Shown in pieces: positions 7,920-16,812 of a stretch of 61,514 bases of DNA (positions are counted from its first letter, which is position 1; every line of letters begins with the position of its first letter). Source of the DNA: Acidimicrobiaceae bacterium (GTDB taxonomy: Bacteria; Actinomycetota; Acidimicrobiia; Acidimicrobiales; Bog-793); contig PLIM01000101.1 in NCBI GenBank assembly GCA_003139355.1, positions 1-61,514 of the forward strand. Direction: 5' to 3'. The notes below the pieces were generated by a model that saw nothing but the letters and a program-made list of their open reading frames with translations, searched no databases and was not told the origin of the DNA. The translations under genes were made by a program, and so were the position numbers.

Positions 7920-10033
7920 TGGAGCCCTCCCACATGAACGACTCAACCGATCCCCGCCTCGGCGCGAGCTCCGCCACTGCGGTCGATGTCCCGGCTGCGC
8001 CCCAAACCGGGCCACATGGCGTGGCCCAGGCGCGAAGCCTCTTCGACCGGGAGATACTCGGCCAGGCGATCATTGGCTCGTTCAGGAAGCTCGACCCCCG
8101 GGTGCAGGTCCGCAACCCTGTGATGTTCGTGGTTCTCGTCGGCACGGTGGTCACCTTCATCGAGTCAATCGCGCATCCGGGTTTGTTCGACTGGTCCATC
8201 ACGATCTGGCTGTTTCTGACCCTCATCTTCGCCAACTTCGCCGAAGCCATGGCTGAGGGCCGTGGCAAGGCCCAAGCCGACACGCTGCGCAGGATGCGTT
8301 CGGAGACCGAGGCGCGCCGGCTGTTGCCGAACGGCACCGAGCAGTTGGTCGCCGCCGCGGCGCTCGCCAAGGGTGACCTTGTGGTCTGCGAGGCCGGTGA
8401 CCTGATCCCCTCCGACGGAGAGATCACCGAAGGCATCGCATCGGTCGACGAATCGGCGATCACCGGCGAGTCGGCCCCGGTCATCCGGGAGTCCGGCGGC
8501 GACCGGTCGGCCGTCACCGGCGGCACGAAAGTGCTGTCCGACCGGATCGTGGTCAGAGTCACCGCGGAACCGGGGCAAACCTTCCTGGATCGCATGATCA
8601 CCCTCGTGGAGGGCGCCAACCGCCAGAAGACGCCCAACGAGCTCGCTCTCACAATCCTCCTGGCCGTGCTCACCATCGTCTTCCTGCCGGTAGTTGTCAC
8701 GCTCCAGCCTTTCGGCCACTACGCGGGGGCGACGGTATCAGTGGTGATCCTCGTGTCGCTGCTGGTCTGCCTCATCCCGACGACCATCGGCGCGCTGCTG
8801 TCCGCGATCGGCATCGCCGGTATGGACCGGCTCGTTCAGCGCAATGTGCTGGCCATGAGCGGCCGGGCGGTGGAGGCGGCCGGGGACACACAGACGCTGC
8901 TCTTGGACAAGACCGGCACGATCACGCTCGGCAACCGCATGGCGTCGGCCTTTTGTCCCGTCGGCGGTCACACCGAGCAGGAAGTGGCCGACGCCGCGCA
9001 GTTGGCATCGCTCGCCGACGAAACTCCGGAAGGACGCTCGATCGTCGTGCTCGCCAAGGAGCGCTTCGACATCCGCGCCCGGGAGCTCGGTGGGGACCAC
9101 AGATTCGTCCCCTTCACGGCCACCACGCGAATGTCTGGTCTCGACCTCGGAGACCGGCAGATCCGCAAGGGCGCGGCCGACTCGGTCAAGCGTTGGGTCA
9201 CCGAGCTGGGTGGGTCGATCCCCGGTGACCTCGACGCAGTTGTCGAGCGCATCTCGCGGGCCGGATCGACACCGCTCGCGGTCTCCGACGGCTTGCGGAT
9301 CATCGGCGTCATCGAGTTGAAGGACGTGGTCAAACAGGGCATACGTGAGCGTTTCGACGAGATGCGTGCCATGGGCATCCGCACGGTGATGGTCACGGGC
9401 GACAACCCCCTGACCGCCGCAGCCATCGCGCAGGAGGCCGGGGTCGACGACTACCTCGCAGAGGCGACACCCGAGACGAAGTTGGCCCTCATCAAGTCCG
9501 AGCAGGAAGGCGGCAAGCTCATCGCGATGACCGGCGACGGCACGAACGACGCCCCGGCGCTCGCACAAGCTGACGTCGGCGTGGCGATGAACTCGGGCAC
9601 GACTGCTGCCAAGGAAGCGGGCAACATGGTCGACCTCGACTCCAACCCGACCAAGCTCCTCGAGATCGTCGAGATCGGGAAGCAATTGCTCATCACCCGT
9701 GGAGCGCTCACGACATTCTCGATCGCGAACGACGTGGCAAAGTACTTCGCCATCATCCCGGCTCTGTTCGTCGCTACCTACCCGCAACTCAAAGCGCTCA
9801 ACATCATGAAACTGCACAGCCCGCAAAGTGCGGTGTTGTCCGCAGTGATCTTCAACGCGCTCGTCATCATCGCCCTCATCCCCCTTGCACTGCGCGGGGT
9901 GAAGTTCCGGGCCGCCAGCGCGGCTGCGATCCTGCGACGCAACGTCTACATCTATGCAGTGGGCGGCATCATCGCGCCCTTCATCTTCATCAAGCTGATC
10001 GACCTGATCCTGACCGCACTGAAGGCGTACTGA
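7919..10033 (+). CDS. kdpB: potassium-transporting ATPase subunit B (P-type ATPase)
   Basis: Motifs DKTGTIT, MVTGDN and [18 protein letters not shown]. 704 aa. Confidence 0.97.
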   Translation: MEPSHMNDSTDPRLGASSATAVDVPAAPQTGPHGVAQARSLFDREILGQAIIGSFRKLDPRVQVRNPVMFVVLVGTVVTFIESIAHPGLFDWSITIWLFLTLIFANFAEAMAEGRGKAQADTLRRMRSETEARRLLPNGTEQLVAAAALAKGDLVVCEAGDLIPSDGEITEGIASVDESAITGESAPVIRESGGDRSAVTGGTKVLSDRIVVRVTAEPGQTFLDRMITLVEGANRQKTPNELALTILLAVLTIVFLPVVVTLQPFGHYAGATVSVVILVSLLVCLIPTTIGALLSAIGIAGMDRLVQRNVLAMSGRAVEAAGDTQTLLLDKTGTITLGNRMASAFCPVGGHTEQEVADAAQLASLADETPEGRSIVVLAKERFDIRARELGGDHRFVPFTATTRMSGLDLGDRQIRKGAADSVKRWVTELGGSIPGDLDAVVERISRAGSTPLAVSDGLRIIGVIELKDVVKQGIRERFDEMRAMGIRTVMVTGDNPLTAAAIAQEAGVDDYLAEATPETKLALIKSEQEGGKLIAMTGDGTNDAPALAQADVGVAMNSGTTAAKEAGNMVDLDSNPTKLLEIVEIGKQLLITRGALTTFSIANDVAKYFAIIPALFVATYPQLKALNIMKLHSPQSAVLSAVIFNALVIIALIPLALRGVKFRAASAAAILRRNVYIYAVGGIIAPFIFIKLIDLILTALKAY

Positions 10034-10608
10034 TGCTTACCCAAATACGGCGATCAATTGTCCTCGCTCTGTTCTGCCTCGTGTTCTTCGGCCTGCTGTA
10101 CCCCTTGGTCGGGACTGGCGTCTCCCAGGTCCTCTTCAAGCACCAGGCCGACGGCTCGATCACGGCGAACGGCTCGACGCTGATCGGCCAGAACTGGACC
10201 AGCCCGAAGTTCTTCCACGGCCGCCCCGACGACTTCGGGCCGTACGCGGGCACCGGGGACAACCCGCTCGTCGCGAACGGCAAGAGCGGCGACTCGGGCG
10301 CTACCAACCTCGGCCCTCGGTCCAGGAAGCTCGAAACCTACACCGAAGAGCTGATCACCTATTGGCACAAGATGGGCGTCAACCCGACGCCGGACCTGGT
10401 CACCACCTCTGGAAGCGGGCTCGACCCCGATATCACGCCGGCCGATGCCCACGCCGAAGTGCCCATGGTGTCAAAGGCCACCGGACTTTCTCCGAAGGTG
10501 CTGGACCAGCTCGTCACCCGTGAGACCAACTCCGCCCAGTTCGGTTTCCTGGGCTCGGATTACATCGACGTCCTACAGCTGAACGAGGCCCTCGCCAAGA
10601 TGGAGTAG
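10033..10608 (+). CDS. kdpC: potassium-transporting ATPase subunit C
   Basis: 191 aa with an N-terminal TM helix and KdpC-like motifs GQNWTSPKFFHGRP and SGSGLDPDITPA. Its ATG overlaps the kdpB stop. Confidence 0.93.
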   Translation: MLTQIRRSIVLALFCLVFFGLLYPLVGTGVSQVLFKHQADGSITANGSTLIGQNWTSPKFFHGRPDDFGPYAGTGDNPLVANGKSGDSGATNLGPRSRKLETYTEELITYWHKMGVNPTPDLVTTSGSGLDPDITPADAHAEVPMVSKATGLSPKVLDQLVTRETNSAQFGFLGSDYIDVLQLNEALAKME

Positions 10609-10732
10609 ACGCCGTGCCGCAGACGCGTCGGCCCTGCCAGGCGGAACTTCAGGTTCGCCTGACCTTGCCAAAGCTAGCCTCGTCAGCCAGGGGCCCAGAT
10701 GGAAGTGAGGGTGGGGCAGTGGGGATCGAACG

Positions 10733-11920
10733 GTGAGTAGGGACGGCGAATTCAGCGACACGACCCAAAAGGCCGATCAAGGTGTTGAGCCAACGGGGAA
10801 GTTCCGTGTCTACTTCGGAGCTGTAGCCGGCGTCGGCAAGACCTGGGCCATGCTCGACGAGGGCTGGCGCCGCTACAAGCGAGGCTCGGACGTGGTCATC
10901 GGATTCGTCGAGACCCATGGCCGGGAGCACACGGCTCAGCAGTTACGCGACCTCCCGATCGTCCCTCGCAAGGTCGTCGAGTACCGGGGTACGACCTTTG
11001 AGGAGATGGACCTCGAGGCGGTCCTTGCCCGCAAGCCCGAAGTCGCTCTCATCGACGAGCTCGCCCACACGAACGTGCCGGGCTCCGGGCCGCATCCCAA
11101 GCGTTGGCAGGACGTGCTCGAGATCCTCGATTCGGGGATCGGGGTAGTCAGCACGGTCAACGTCCAACACCTCGAAAGCGTTGCGGACGCGGTGCAGCAG
11201 ATCACCGGCGTGGCTGTTCGCGAGCGGGTTCCCGACTGGGTGGTGCGCAGGGCCGACCAGCTCGAGCTGATCGACTCGTCCCCCGAGCAGCTGCGCCGCC
11301 GCATGCTGCATGGCAACGTATATCCTCCCGAGAAGATCCCCGGTGCCCTCACCAGCTTCTTCCGTTATCAGAACCTCGTGGCCTTGCGCGAGCTCGCACT
11401 TCGTTTTGTCGCCGATGAGACCGAAGAGGAGCTGCTCGGGTTCCTCGTCGCCCGGCACCCCGACATCGTCTGGGACACCGCCGAGCGCATCATGGTGGTC
11501 GTCACCGCTGCACCGGGAACTGATGCTGTCCTCCGCCGTGCGGCCCGGATCGCGTTACGGGCGCACGCAGACCTGCAGGCTGTCTACGTGGTGGGCGACG
11601 ATGGCTCGCGCCCGGTCCCCAAGCAGGCGCTCGAAGCCATCAAGCACCTCTCAGATGACTTGGGGGCGACCTGGCACGACATCGTCTCGGACGACCCAGC
11701 CCCGGCGCTGGTCCACTTCGCCAAGGAGAACCAGATCACCCAGATCGTGCTGGGGGCGCCCCGCAGGTCCAGATGGGGGCAGCTCACGAGCAGGTCCTCG
11801 GTCGTCCAGCGCGTGCTGCGCTTCGCGCGCCAGTCGGGAGTCGACGTTCACGTCATCAACCGGTACGGCGAGAGTGCTCCACTGGGCACCGCCCCAGCTC
11901 CCGAGGATGGAGGCGGGTGA
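10733..11920 (+). CDS. KdpD N-terminal sensor domain + USP domain protein, lacking TM and histidine-kinase regions
   Basis: P-loop-like GAVAGVGKTWAML and the KdpD-N signature VIGFVETHGR, followed by a USP-like segment (IMVVVTAAPG..ITQIVLG). The protein ends at 395 aa with no H-box or ATPase motifs. Confidence 0.85.
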   Translation: MSRDGEFSDTTQKADQGVEPTGKFRVYFGAVAGVGKTWAMLDEGWRRYKRGSDVVIGFVETHGREHTAQQLRDLPIVPRKVVEYRGTTFEEMDLEAVLARKPEVALIDELAHTNVPGSGPHPKRWQDVLEILDSGIGVVSTVNVQHLESVADAVQQITGVAVRERVPDWVVRRADQLELIDSSPEQLRRRMLHGNVYPPEKIPGALTSFFRYQNLVALRELALRFVADETEEELLGFLVARHPDIVWDTAERIMVVVTAAPGTDAVLRRAARIALRAHADLQAVYVVGDDGSRPVPKQALEAIKHLSDDLGATWHDIVSDDPAPALVHFAKENQITQIVLGAPRRSRWGQLTSRSSVVQRVLRFARQSGVDVHVINRYGESAPLGTAPAPEDGGG

Positions 11921-11950
11921 GCTCACGGCGCGCGGCGCGCCCGAGGCGAC

Positions 11951-12103
11951 TCAGCGGGCCCGAGCGTCCCGATCCATGCGCCGATGCCGCAAAGAAGCCG
12001 ATGCCCGTCGGCGGGCCTCCTGCCATCCGCGAGGCTCGACGAGCCGCTCCAGGTCCCGGGTGTGCAGGTCCACGAGCTGCTTGGTGTTCATCGGGTTGAT
12101 CAT
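11951..12103 (-). CDS. small basic hypothetical protein (50 aa)
   Basis: ATG at 12103 is preceded by AAGGAGGGA (12110-12118) at ideal spacing. Peptide is MINPMNTKQLVDLHTRDLERLVEPRGWQEARRRASASLRHRRMDRDARAR. GC3 is high over only the first ~22 codons. The ORF is below the ORF-track length cutoff. Confidence 0.35.
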   Translation of the reverse strand: MINPMNTKQLVDLHTRDLERLVEPRGWQEARRRASASLRHRRMDRDARAR

Positions 12104-12188
12104 GAGGTGTCCCTCCTTCCGGCGATCGTTCCGGCCGAACTTCCTGTCCTGCCTCTCTGATGATCTTACTTCGTCTTTGTTTGCTTTT

Positions 12189-12217
12189 CAACTATGTTCT
12201 GATATAGTTATCTAGCT
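12189..12217 (+). promoter_or_regulatory. candidate operator and -10 element for a leaderless ArsR-family gene
   Basis: Inverted repeat AACTAT-N8-ATAGTT (12190-12209) overlaps a TATAGT -10-like hexamer (12203-12208), 9 nt before the ATG at 12218. No SD is present. This is the AT-richest stretch of the window. Confidence 0.4.
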
Positions 12218-13228
12218 ATGCAACTGTTGGAGCAAAAGACAGAGGCAGCTGACGCGACGATCGCCATCGGGCCGTCGATCGCGGTCGAGCTGTCCTGGGT
12301 GCTGCTCGCCGCGAAGCGCGAACAGCTCCGCGCGCACCGCCCTGGTCTCGAAGCGCTCTATGAGAGCCCGAACGGCCTGGAGGAACGCGTGCGCTCGTTC
12401 TGGGCCGATGGCGTGGCCGACTTCGGAGAACAGCTTGTGCTGGCCGACCAGGCACAGCTCATCGGCAGCGTGGAGATCGAGGAGTTGCTTGCCGGAGTCG
12501 CGCAGGCCGCCATCGATAGCCCGAAAGAGCTGCCACTTGGCTCCGAGGACGAATCTGATCGCGCGGTGTTCCTGCAGCGCCTCGACCGGCTCCGCCGTTC
12601 TCCCCCCTTGCGCCGGGACTACGTCCGACTGCTCCGCGAGCTGTGGGCTGAGGTGAACGAGACCTGGGAGAGCCAAGGCCGGCGCCTCGTCGATGTCGCG
12701 GTCGAGCGATACCGGCGCCGGCTCGAACGAGGCGCAAGATGGGTCGACCTGGTGGTAGCCGACTCCGAGCACCTCTCTGAGCATCTACCGGGGCTGATCG
12801 AGCGGCTGCCGAGGGGAAGTGCCGTCACGATCGCTCCGAGCTTCTTCTCCGGACAGGGCCTCCTGTTCGATCTTCCAAGCGGGATCCTGGTGGGAGTTCA
12901 CGCCGCGACCACCGACTCGAGCACTCGGGCAAGAACCGACCTGCTGGCAAAGCGGCTCAAGGCATTCGCCGACCCCACACGGCTCGCGATCGTCCAAACC
13001 CTCGCAACGGGACCGATGACAGTCGGCGAGATAGCGAGGTCCTTCGATCTTGCGCAGCCCACCGTGAGCAACCACATGAGAATTCTCCGCGAAGCGGGAG
13101 TCGTGACGGGAACCCGCCGCGGCACCCGCCTCGAGCTCGAGGTGCCGACAGATGCCGCAAACGAGTTGCTCGACGAGCTGAAAGCCCTCCTCAACCGGTC
13201 GCGCAAGCAGGACGATCGTCCCGGGTGA
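12218..13228 (+). CDS. ArsR/SmtB-family transcriptional regulator with a ~240-aa N-terminal domain of unknown function
   Basis: C-terminal wHTH: FADPTRLAIVQTLATGPMTVGEIARSFDLAQPTVSNHMRILREAGVV. Confidence 0.85.
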   Translation: MQLLEQKTEAADATIAIGPSIAVELSWVLLAAKREQLRAHRPGLEALYESPNGLEERVRSFWADGVADFGEQLVLADQAQLIGSVEIEELLAGVAQAAIDSPKELPLGSEDESDRAVFLQRLDRLRRSPPLRRDYVRLLRELWAEVNETWESQGRRLVDVAVERYRRRLERGARWVDLVVADSEHLSEHLPGLIERLPRGSAVTIAPSFFSGQGLLFDLPSGILVGVHAATTDSSTRARTDLLAKRLKAFADPTRLAIVQTLATGPMTVGEIARSFDLAQPTVSNHMRILREAGVVTGTRRGTRLELEVPTDAANELLDELKALLNRSRKQDDRPG

Positions 13229-13464
13229 CCTCCGGCTGTCCGCAAGGCGAAATGGCCGTGCTCGCGGCGTAGTCACGGGCCGCAACGACCAGCTCAGGAG
13301 CGCCTGGCTACCCGCGGGACCCGCAGGGGCCTACAATCCCCCAACCCCGGGGTTTCAGCCAGGCGCTTGTCTTCAACGAGTTCGAGGAGTTGACGCTCGG
13401 CCAACAGACCCAGGTTCCCTTCGATTCCTGCGGGGTACACCTGCATCACAGCAAAGGACACGAC

Positions 13465-14385
13465 ATGGGAAGTCTCACAGTGAACCCGGCCAAGGATTGT
13501 GCCCTCGTAGAGGAGCTCGCCGGCCCCGCCGCCGGCTTGTTCAACCGCCATCTCTCTGTCTCCAAGGAGTGGTACCCGTTCGAGGACATCCCGTGGGGCG
13601 ACGCCACCGACTTCGCCGAGGAGGCCTGGAACGCTCAGCAATACCCCCTCTCTCAAGGTGTGCAAAGCGCGATCATCGTCAACGTCCTGACTGAGGACAA
13701 CCTCCCCTACTACACCCACACCCTCCTGTCGCCCATCAAAGAGGACCATCCGCTGCGGGAGTGGAGCCGGCGCTGGACCGCGGAGGAATGGCGCCACTCG
13801 GCGGCCATCCGGGACTGGATCCTCGCCACGCGGGCGATCGATCCCTACCGCTTGGAGGACGACCGGATGGCCCAGATGTCCAAAGGTCAGGTCCCCGAGA
13901 GCGACAGCGTTGCAGAGATGATCGCCTACGTGAGCTTTCAGGAGCTCGCCACTCAGGTCGCCCATCGCAACACCGGCCAGGCCTTGGACAAGACCCGGCG
14001 GGGCAAGAAGATCATGTCCAAGATCGCCGGCGACGAGGGCCTCCACCATGCCTTCTACCGCGATCTCGTCCTCGCAGCCCTCGAGATCGACCCGTCGACG
14101 ATGATGATGGCTATCCAAAGCGAGCTCCGGAACTTCAAGATGCCGGGGACGGGCATCCCTGGCTTCACCCGGCACGAAGAGGCCATCGCCCTCGCGGGTA
14201 TCTTCGGGGCGCAACAGTTCCTCGACGCAGTCGTGAAGCCGACGCTCAGCTATTGGCGAATCTTCGACCTCGAGGACCTGAGCGCCGAGGCCGACCAGGC
14301 ACGCGAGAAGATGAGCAGGAACCTCGCAGGGCTCACGCGCCTCGCGGCTGCTCAGCAGGCACGTATCGCCGCCATGCAGGCCTGA
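13465..14385 (+). CDS. acyl-ACP desaturase (soluble di-iron, DesA-like)
   Basis: Di-iron ligand motifs EDNLPYY, WTAEEWRH, QELATQVAH and GDEGLHH. The start is set at ATG 13465, preceded by AAAGGA. Confidence 0.88.
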   Translation: MGSLTVNPAKDCALVEELAGPAAGLFNRHLSVSKEWYPFEDIPWGDATDFAEEAWNAQQYPLSQGVQSAIIVNVLTEDNLPYYTHTLLSPIKEDHPLREWSRRWTAEEWRHSAAIRDWILATRAIDPYRLEDDRMAQMSKGQVPESDSVAEMIAYVSFQELATQVAHRNTGQALDKTRRGKKIMSKIAGDEGLHHAFYRDLVLAALEIDPSTMMMAIQSELRNFKMPGTGIPGFTRHEEAIALAGIFGAQQFLDAVVKPTLSYWRIFDLEDLSAEADQAREKMSRNLAGLTRLAAAQQARIAAMQA

Positions 14386-14412
14386 GGGCGGGCCTGCCAG
14401 GCTCGCTGTCGC

Positions 14413-14898
14413 TCAGCCCCAGTATCCGGCAAAGACCTCGAGTGCCTCCTCGACCAGTTCCGGCCCGAGAACTTCGACGCTGCGCTGGCCACTGGCAAAG
14501 ACCTCCCGGCAGGGCAGGTCCATCGTCGGGTTGTCCGGGTGATTGCCCGTGAGACCCTTCAGGTCGTGCTCGCTCAGCCCGAAGACCACGCGCCCGATCC
14601 CGGCCCAGTAGATGGCGCCCGCACACATGGCGCACGGCTCCGCGCTCGCGTACAAAGTGAAATTCGCCAACTCTTGCGGCTCGTAGCGCCGGGCGGCCCG
14701 GCTGGCGGCCACCGTCTCTGCATGCGCGGTCGCGTCCCGCGACGGAACCAGACCGGCGTTCTCCTGCTCGATCACGACATTGCCGGCACCGTCGACCAGG
14801 AGACACCCAAAGGGGAGGTTGCCCTCCGCTCGCGCGCGGGTGGCGACCTCGAAGGCGGCCCGCAAGTGGCGCGCATCGGCCTCACCCAGTGCTGTCAT
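14413..14898 (-). CDS. CMP/dCMP-type zinc deaminase (nucleoside or tRNA/guanine deaminase family)
   Basis: Zinc-binding motifs HAE and PCAMCAGA. The start is set at ATG 14898, preceded by GGAAGGA. Confidence 0.85.
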   Translation of the reverse strand: MTALGEADARHLRAAFEVATRARAEGNLPFGCLLVDGAGNVVIEQENAGLVPSRDATAHAETVAASRAARRYEPQELANFTLYASAEPCAMCAGAIYWAGIGRVVFGLSEHDLKGLTGNHPDNPTMDLPCREVFASGQRSVEVLGPELVEEALEVFAGYWG

Positions 14899-14954
14899 GG
14901 CACCGTCCTTCCAAGCTGACGAGCCCGGGCACCGTCGCCCAGCCCGGTCCGGCC

Positions 14955-16685
14955 TCACTCGCAAGCGTCAAGCTCAGCTCGGACTTCTGAGACCAGCGCG
15001 CCCTCCGCGACAATCCGCGCCTCGGCCGCGTCGCGCCGCTTCAGCTCGATGCCGCCCGCTTTGAGCGAGCGCTCGCTTACGGTCAGGCGCAGAGGAAGCC
15101 CGATGAGGTCCGCGTCGGCGAACTGGACACCGGGACGCTCGCCCCGGTCGTCGAAGAGCACGCCGATGCCGGTGGCCTCGATCAAGCCGTAGACCCTCTC
15201 GGCCACTTCGCCCGCCGCCGAGTCCGCTCCCCGCAACACCGTCAGGTGCACCGGGTACGGGGCGATGGAGACGGGGAGCCGCAGACCCCGTTCGTCATGG
15301 TGCTCCTCGGCGATGCAAGCAAGGAGGCGGCCCACGCCGATCCCGTACGAGCCCATCACTATCGGCTTGGCGTTCCCGTCCGGGTCGAGATAGGTCGCCC
15401 CGAAAGCATCCGCGAACCGGGTGCCGAGCTTGAAGATGTTGCCGACCTCGACACCACGCTCGGTGCGCAACGGACTGCCGCACACCGAGCACCCGTCGCC
15501 GTCGTCGGCGGCAACGATGTCGGCCACGACCTCGGGCCGCCAGTCCCGTCCCGCGTTGGTGTCGAGCAGGTGCCAGCCCTCCTCGTTCGCTCCGGCTACC
15601 AGGTTCGGCGACGACATCACGAGCTCGTCGGCAATGACCTCGCCGCCGGTCAGCCCGATCGGCGAAGCGAATCCGGCGGTGGCGCCAATGGCTGAGATCT
15701 CGTCGAGAGTCATGGGACGCAGCTCGGCCCCCCCGAGAAGGTTGGCGAGCTTGGCCTCGTTCAGGTCTGTGTCGCCCCGGACGACCGCCACGATCAGGCG
15801 AAGGACAGGATGGCCGTCCTCGCTGCGGTGCTCCGCCGCGAGAAACACGATCTTTGCCGTCCGGGCCCTCGCCACCTCCAGCAGCGCCGCGAGCTCCTCG
15901 ATCGTCGTCGCGTGCGGCGTCTCGACGCGACAGACCTCGCGAAGCTCCTCCGGCTCTGCCGCCGCCTTACGAGAGGTCGCCACCTGACGGTTCTGCGCGT
16001 ACCCGCAGCTGTCGCACAGCACGAGCGTGTCCTCGCCTAGCGGCGTCAAGTACATGAACTCGTGCGCCCCGCTGCCTCCCATGATGCCGACGTCAGCGCC
16101 GACGGCGACCACTGGCAAGCCGCATCGGGTGAAGATCTTGAAGTACGCCTCGTAGTGCGCCCGGTACTGGGTGTCCAGGCCCGCCTCGTCGAGATCGAGG
16201 CTGTAGGAGTCCTTCATCGTGAACTCGCGGGCGCGGATCATCCCGGCCCGTGGACGGGGATCGTCGCGCCACTTGATCTGGATCTGGAAGACGAGTCTCG
16301 GGAGCTGGCGGTACGAGCTGATCTCGCCCGCGGCAAGGCTGGCGACCACCTCCTCATGGGTCATGGCGAGCACCATGTCCCTGTCCCGCCGATCCTGAAA
16401 GCGCGTGAGCTCGGCGCCGATCTTCTGATACCTGCCGCTCTGCTGCCAGAGCTCTGCAGGATGCACGACGGGCAGCGACACCTCCACGCCCCCGATGGCC
16501 GTGAGCTCCTCGCGGAGGATCTGCTCGATGTGCATCATTGCCTGCCAGCCGAGCGGGAGGTAGGAGAAGATGCCCTGCCCAAGCTGGCGGACATAGCCCG
16601 CCCGCAGGAGGAACTGGTGACCGGGCGACTCGATCCCGGCTGGTGCCTCCCGCAACGTCTCACCGAACAGCCTCGACATCCGCAC
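14955..16685 (-). CDS. proS: proline--tRNA ligase
   Basis: Bacterial-type ProS with an insertion (editing) domain. N-terminus is MRMSRLFGETLREAP. The start is set at GTG 16685, 8 nt after GAGGAGG. The longest ORF reaches 16781. Confidence 0.95.
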   Translation of the reverse strand: MRMSRLFGETLREAPAGIESPGHQFLLRAGYVRQLGQGIFSYLPLGWQAMMHIEQILREELTAIGGVEVSLPVVHPAELWQQSGRYQKIGAELTRFQDRRDRDMVLAMTHEEVVASLAAGEISSYRQLPRLVFQIQIKWRDDPRPRAGMIRAREFTMKDSYSLDLDEAGLDTQYRAHYEAYFKIFTRCGLPVVAVGADVGIMGGSGAHEFMYLTPLGEDTLVLCDSCGYAQNRQVATSRKAAAEPEELREVCRVETPHATTIEELAALLEVARARTAKIVFLAAEHRSEDGHPVLRLIVAVVRGDTDLNEAKLANLLGGAELRPMTLDEISAIGATAGFASPIGLTGGEVIADELVMSSPNLVAGANEEGWHLLDTNAGRDWRPEVVADIVAADDGDGCSVCGSPLRTERGVEVGNIFKLGTRFADAFGATYLDPDGNAKPIVMGSYGIGVGRLLACIAEEHHDERGLRLPVSIAPYPVHLTVLRGADSAAGEVAERVYGLIEATGIGVLFDDRGERPGVQFADADLIGLPLRLTVSERSLKAGGIELKRRDAAEARIVAEGALVSEVRAELDACE

Positions 16686-16788
16686 CGCAACCGCCTCCTC
16701 GTGAACTTGTTGGCAGAAGCTACTCGGATGCCGTGCTCCATCGCCGTGGACACCGGAATTGCCCCTTGCGCGACCGGCCACATGACGT

Positions 16789-16804
16789 GTTAGTATCCGC
16801 TAAC
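16789..16804. promoter_or_regulatory. inverted repeat GTTAG-N6-CTAAC upstream of the ArsR-fusion gene
   Basis: Read directly in the proS/ArsR divergent spacer. It lies next to the -10-like hexamers TAGTAT and TAATAT. Confidence 0.35.
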
Positions 16805-16812
16805 GTAATATC

